Source of the DNA: the human T2T-CHM13v2.0 reference genome, Homo sapiens
Assembly (NCBI RefSeq): GCF_009914755.1
Contig: NC_060925.1
DNA length: 64,000 nt
Strand: one strand, 5' to 3'
Of this stretch, positions 57,902 to 64,000 are shown in pieces. Below the pieces are notes generated by a model. It had not been told where the DNA came from. It was given only the letters and a program-made list of their open reading frames with translations, and searched no databases. Both the position numbers and the translations under genes were made by a program. The number at the start of each line of letters is the position of its first letter. The first letter of the stretch is position 1.

Positions 57902-59299
57902 GGACAGGGTTGCCCGGGATGCTTTATTTTCTTCTTTCCTGCATCCCTGAACATGCCAGGCATTGTGCAGGCAAGAGAGGAAAGCAGTATCCAGGAAAGA
58001 AGACAGACAATTAAGCAAGCAATAAGAAGAAACATGAAGGGCCGTGAGTTCCTCCTGGGCCTTGACCCCTGTGTGACCTTGACCAGATCCTTCTCCTCTC
58101 CAGGCCTTAATTTGTTTAGAGGAACTGGAGTTAGACTAAATGGTCCAAGGTTCACTTCCCACACTGATCCCCATGACTGGCAGACATGGACGTGAGCCCT
58201 CTCCCGGCTGCAGAGAATCATGGCCTCTCCCCACCATGGCAGTAGGGGGTATGGGGAGAGCAAGGCCAGGCAGAGGCAACCTGGCGTGAAGAAGGCAAAC
58301 AGACACTCCTGGAAGCAGGGTCCCCAGAGACTGTGCAGCCAGAGGTAACTGGCTGTGACAAGGAGTGAGCCAGTAGTCAATTCCATTCAATAAAACTTTG
58401 ATTACCTATGAGCCTTGTAAACAGGCAGCTCCCCTGTGGGCTGAGCCGGAGGTGCTCTCTTCTTCCCTCCCTCTGTCCTGCCAGCACCTGCCCAGCCTGG
58501 CCCTGGGCCCTGTGCCAGCCCAAAAACTTCCTCAGCCTCTGATGCAAGGGGGGCAGCTGAGGGTTAAGTGCCCACTGGCAGGTGAGGGCTCAGGGCCTAG
58601 GGGCAGTGGGAGGGGAGGGAGCAGGAATCACTTAGCCCTCATTAGTCCAAATTAAAATCAGGAGTGAGATGACAATTCCAATTTGCAGTGGGCTAATTGT
58701 TTTCCCTCAGAAGCTGATCATTTTGCAGACTGGGGAAATTAATTGTTTGAAGTCCCAGGTGCATTGGCTTTGAACCCAGCGCAGGCCAGACAGGCTCTGC
58801 CTTTACCTCGTCACCACCCCTCAGGGACACACTCAGCAGTGGCTTCTGCCCTTTGGGATTCTCAGGCAGGGAGAGACTGAGGGTCAGGGGTGAGGGTAGG
58901 GGTCCTACTAGTCTTACCCTCAGGTGGGAAGAGGGAAGAACACTGGCAGAGAGGTAGGCTGGGAGATGCCAGCAGCTGGGGCCTGGCATCCAGGAGGGGT
59001 TGCTTTGCCTACCTGATGCCACCTGCTCTGCGGAGGGGTGTATGTAGGAAGCCTCCTTGGACCTGCCAGAAGTTCCCACTTCCACTCTGCATCCAAAAGT
59101 CCCTGTAAAGTTCACTCACTCATTCAACAAACATCAACAACCCACTGTGTGCCAAGTGTTGCTTCAGGAGGGCTGGGGACACGGCACTGAACAACTCAAA
59201 CACAATCTCTCCGCTCATGGATTTTACTTGGGGGGATAGATGGACAATAAATGTGTAAGTAGACATCAGAGAGTGGTAGGGGCTCGGAAGGAATGACAG

Positions 59300-59860
59300 A
59301 CAGCAGGAGGGATGGGGCTCCAAAGACTCCCACACTCTAATCCCAGAGCCTATGGAATCTGTCACCTTCCAGGGCAGAAGGAATCCTGCAGATGTAATTA
59401 CGGTTATGAACTTTAAGATTAGAGAATGTCTTGGATTATCTGAGTAGGACAAATCTAGTCACATGAGTCATTAAAGCAGCTTTCTCCAGCAGCAGGCAGA
59501 AGAGGGATTCCAAGCGTGCGATGATCTGATATCCTGTTGCTGGTTCTGAGGAAGCTGTGCACAAGGACTGGAAGGCACCGTCTAGGAGCCGAGGACCACC
59601 CTCAGCTGCCAGCCAGCATGGAAACAGGGACCTCAGTCCTACAGCCACCTGAATGAGCTCAGGAGCGGATCTCCTAGAGTCTTCAGATAGAGTCCAGCTG
59701 GCTGGCACCTTGATTTTGGCCTTTTGGAAACCTGGAGCAGAGAAATCGGCTGAGCCAACCCAGACAGACTTCTGGCCGACAGAGCTGTGAGATGGCAAAT
59801 GTGTGTTTCTTTAAGCTGCTATGTTTGTGGTGATTTGTTATGGCAGCAATAAAAAGCTAT
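59300..59860 (+). mobile_element. MLT1D/E-like LTR
   Basis: gcagatgtaatta..., ggaaacagggacctcagtcctacagcc, ggcaccttgattttggcc, atttgttatggcagcaata. Confidence 0.8.
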
Positions 59861-59963
59861 TTCAGGAACTAAACAGGGTCAGAGGAGAGTGACTTGGTGC
59901 TGTGTTAACTTGGGTGGCCTCTTTGAGGAAGGGACTGACACCTGGATGATGAGGAAGCAGAGT

Positions 59964-60061
59964 GGGGTGACCAACTTGTCCCCATTTCCCAGTTTCAGCA
60001 TTTAAGTCCTGCATCCCCCCAAAACCCCCCAGCCCCAGGCAAACCAGATGGCTTGTCACCA
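59964..60061. mobile_element. hAT-Blackjack MITE (MER81/MER94-like)
   Basis: TIRs gggtgacca...tgtcacc; a related copy lies at ~21928-22022. Confidence 0.6.
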
Positions 60062-61526
60062 TATGGCAGAAGGAATGGCCTGGGCAATGGCTTGGGGAAT
60101 GAGAGCTTTCAGGTGAGTTGTCACAAAAAGCATCCCAAGGGAAGTTCTGTCGGACACAGGAGCAGGTGATGGGGGCTGCTGGGGAATCGCTCAGAAAACT
60201 CTTTCAAATGGGGACTGAGCAACTCTAGCTGAGGATAGGTGAGAACTCCCAGCCCTCCTTCCAGAACCCCATCCTCCTGCTGTAGGGCCTAAGAATTACC
60301 AGCCCCTGCCTGCCCTGCCCCGAGGCTGCTTCCTTTCTCCCCTGGCCCAACTCCCTTCCCCAGCCGGCCCCTGCCAGGGCCCAGGTGTCTCCCAGTGCCC
60401 GGGTACCAGGTGCCTGCTGTGGCTTTCCCCAGTGGGATGCTGGCATTCTGCCAAGCAGCACACAGCAGGGGAAATTTTTGAAGCCGTCTTTAATTAGTGA
60501 GACAATAGGAGGCTGGGAAGCAGAGAAGACAAAAGTTGCGGATGGCTTCACACCCTGTCAAAACAGCGGCTGTGAGCCTGAAGAATGCCTGAGAGAGAAA
60601 GGGAGACGGAAAAACAGAGATGGGCCATGGGACCCTTCCCCCTCCTCTCTCCCCTTCTCCCTCTCCTCTTCACCGCCCCCCCGCCCCCCCGCCCCCCCGC
60701 CGCCTTCCTCCTTGCCTCCCTGAACCACAGCTGCAGGCGCCTTGACATTAACCCACCCCTCTCCCGGTTCAGCTGGTCACCTCCCAGCGCTGTTTCGAGT
60801 CAGGTAAGAGGCAGCTGTTTAGGAGTTCAGCAAGGAGGCAGAAGAGCAAAGAAGGACCTGAGCTAAAGTTTTGGCTCCTTGTCTCATTATCTGGATGATG
60901 CCTGGCAAGTTAATTGCTGTGGGTCTCAGTTTTCTCTTCTGTACAATTAGAGTAATAATGCCTACTTTGCAGGGTGGTGGTTGTAAAGATTAGAGATGTC
61001 AAAAAGTGCCCCACATGGAGTAGGTACTGGATAAATGGCAGCTATTTCTAATATGAGAGCTTGCACCTCCCATCCTGGATCCCAGCCCTCCAATCCAATA
61101 TTTCTCAAACTCAGAGCATGCCCACGAATCACCCAGAGAGCTTGTTAACATGCAAATACCCATCCCACTCCTCAGGGTGGAGCCCAGACACCTGCAGATT
61201 GAACAGCTTCCAAGCAGGTGATTCCAATGCAGGCAGCTGGGTCTGCCTCCTGGGAAAAGAGCTAGCCCAGGGCAGTCCTGCAACTGGGTCCATTTCAGAA
61301 GCCATTCCCCTACAGATGGAGGGTGCTGGCAGGGAGGTGAGGTCTTGCCTATCCCACCAACTTGCTACCTTCACGTGGGGGTCTGTCCCGGGTGCAGCCT
61401 CCACATCTAAGCAAGGTGAGTTGGTCCTCAGGTCAGAGCTTCTGCGGAAGGGACCTCGGTATCCACCTCATTCTGCTTCCTTTTCAATGGAAGAAGCAGA
61501 GTCCCAGAGCAGGGAAGTGACTAGTA

Positions 61527-61605
61527 TTAGATGGTGCAAAAGTAATTGCGATTTTTGCCATTGAAAGTAACAGCAAAAACCACAATTACTTTTGCACTAG
61601 CCTAA
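61527..61605. mobile_element. Full-length MADE1 (Hsmar1 MITE)
   Basis: TA-flanked palindrome ttagatggtgcaaaagtaattgcgatttttgcc...gcaaaaaccacaattacttttgcactagcctaa. Confidence 0.92.
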
Positions 61606-61971
61606 TATTAATATAAGGGCACACACTGAACTCTGGGCTTCTGATTCTCATCTGCAAGATACAAGTACCCAGCTACAAGATTGCTAGTCCCTCTCAATTC
61701 AGAAGTTCTAAGTTTCTCTAGGAGTTGGCTCCACTGACCCCAGGTTGGGAAACCGTGAAGGAAGCCTGAGGCTGATTGCCTTCTTGATCTCTAATCAATT
61801 TCTTCACACCTCTCTGATTTCTGGGCCAGGACGGCTGCTTCTCCCTTGCCAAATAATGATAGGCTGACCCTTACTGAACACTTGGTATGAACTAGGAACT
61901 GTTCTAAGCACTTTACTTGTATTAACCCATATCAGCCTACAACAACCCTGTGATGCCTTTATCCTCATTTA

Positions 61972-62478
<507 letters not shown>

Positions 62479-63709
62479 ATCTAGAGATTAAGTAACCTGC
62501 CTGGGGTCAAACAGCTGAAGCTGGGATTTGAATCTCGGCAGTCTGGCCCCAAAGTCTGTGTGCTTAACCACTGAGGAAGATTGTCCTTGAAGCCATACTT
62601 GTAAGTACATGATATACTGCCAACCCAAAGTCAGTAAGGACTGGTGTAAAGCGGACTGGATTAAGAATTAGAAGACCCAATTACCCGAGAAGGGGTACGA
62701 GGAGCCTTCCGGGTACTGAAATGTTCAAAGCTGTTCACTGAAGATTTATGGGTTTGAATACTGTAGACAAGTTTAATCTTAATGAAAATCAGAAGGCTTG
62801 GGTTTGTCCCAACGGTGGCCTATTTATTAGCTGTGTGACTATTAGCTTGTTAGGCCTTAGTTTTTTCATCTGCAAATCAGAACAATTAGAATGAAAGCCT
62901 GCTTTCTTAGTTGATAAGGAAGTTGTACAAAGTTCTTTCTTTGTATAGCAGGTCCCATCCAGCTGTCTTGATCCTTTTTGCATCCCCTGATCAAAAACTC
63001 TCCACCAAACTCTCCCTCGCGGTACTCATAGCATATGTGGCTACTTCCATCCTTCCCTGGACCAGAAGCTCTTTGATTCCATCCAAACATCCAAGTCATC
63101 CAACTTTGTGCTCATGCAGAAGTGGCACTTGGTAGTTACATCCATCATTGGCATTAACCAGTGCGTGCTGGAACCAGCTTGCCCCAGTCCATGAGAGCTG
63201 ATGGAGCTCACCTCTTCCCAACTCCACCCTCAATAACATTACATAGTAGGTTGAAATTGGCTGTGATGGAAATACTGAAAACTATGAAAATTGGCAAACA
63301 CTACAAATCAGGACTTCCCTTCTTGCCACCCCCCCAGCACAACACCCCTGCCATGAACCCAAAATGTTCCTCTCAAGTAGGCCCCAGGAGGTTTATAAGA
63401 GCTCTGGGACTACCAGTAGCTGGGGAGCTGTGGTCTGAGTGTAGCTGTTCTGAAACTTTAATGGGTGCAAAAGACATTCTCCATTCTCTAGCCCCTGTGG
63501 ACATTCCAAGCTCCCCCAGGCCTTGCCTGAAGAAACAGCTGAGTGGCAGTGGGACACAGGTGGCTGGACCCAGCTGAGGTAAGTTCTCCAAGAGTGGAAA
63601 TGAGGTAAGTTCTCCGACAGCGGAACTGACCACCCCAGCAAGTGGTGCTAAAACCTTGATGGCATCCCTACTTCAGGTCTCACCAAATTTATGCTCTACA
63701 TTTGGTGGG

Positions 63710-64000
<291 letters not shown>

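Overview
Primate (human-like) genomic DNA, rich in Alu, L1, L2, MIR, MER and MaLR repeats. It contains one protein-coding gene, LRRN2 (leucine-rich repeat neuronal 2 / GAC1), on the minus strand. The whole 713-aa CDS (28396..26255) lies in one terminal exon with a splice acceptor at 28623-28624 and tandem AATAAA signals at 25615-25626. Sequence to the right (28.6-64 kb) is inferred to be the long 5'-UTR intron; no promoter or CpG island is visible in the window. Sequence to the left is downstream intergenic DNA. All other ORFs in the track look like repeat-derived, low-complexity or antisense shadows. I see no convincing wholly new biological system. The best second-look items are: (i) four uORFs in the LRRN2 leader, the last ending in a stop overlapping the main start (AUGA); (ii) a 55-58 kb intronic cluster with a ~350-bp direct duplication, an inverted pair of ARE motifs and a ~92%-identical inverted duplication able to form a long dsRNA stem; (iii) a same-strand MaLR LTR with an intact DUX4 motif; (iv) a long, colinear CR1/L3 fossil; (v) an Alu whose linker is replaced by foreign DNA. 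Repeat boundaries and subfamily calls were made by eye and are approximate.
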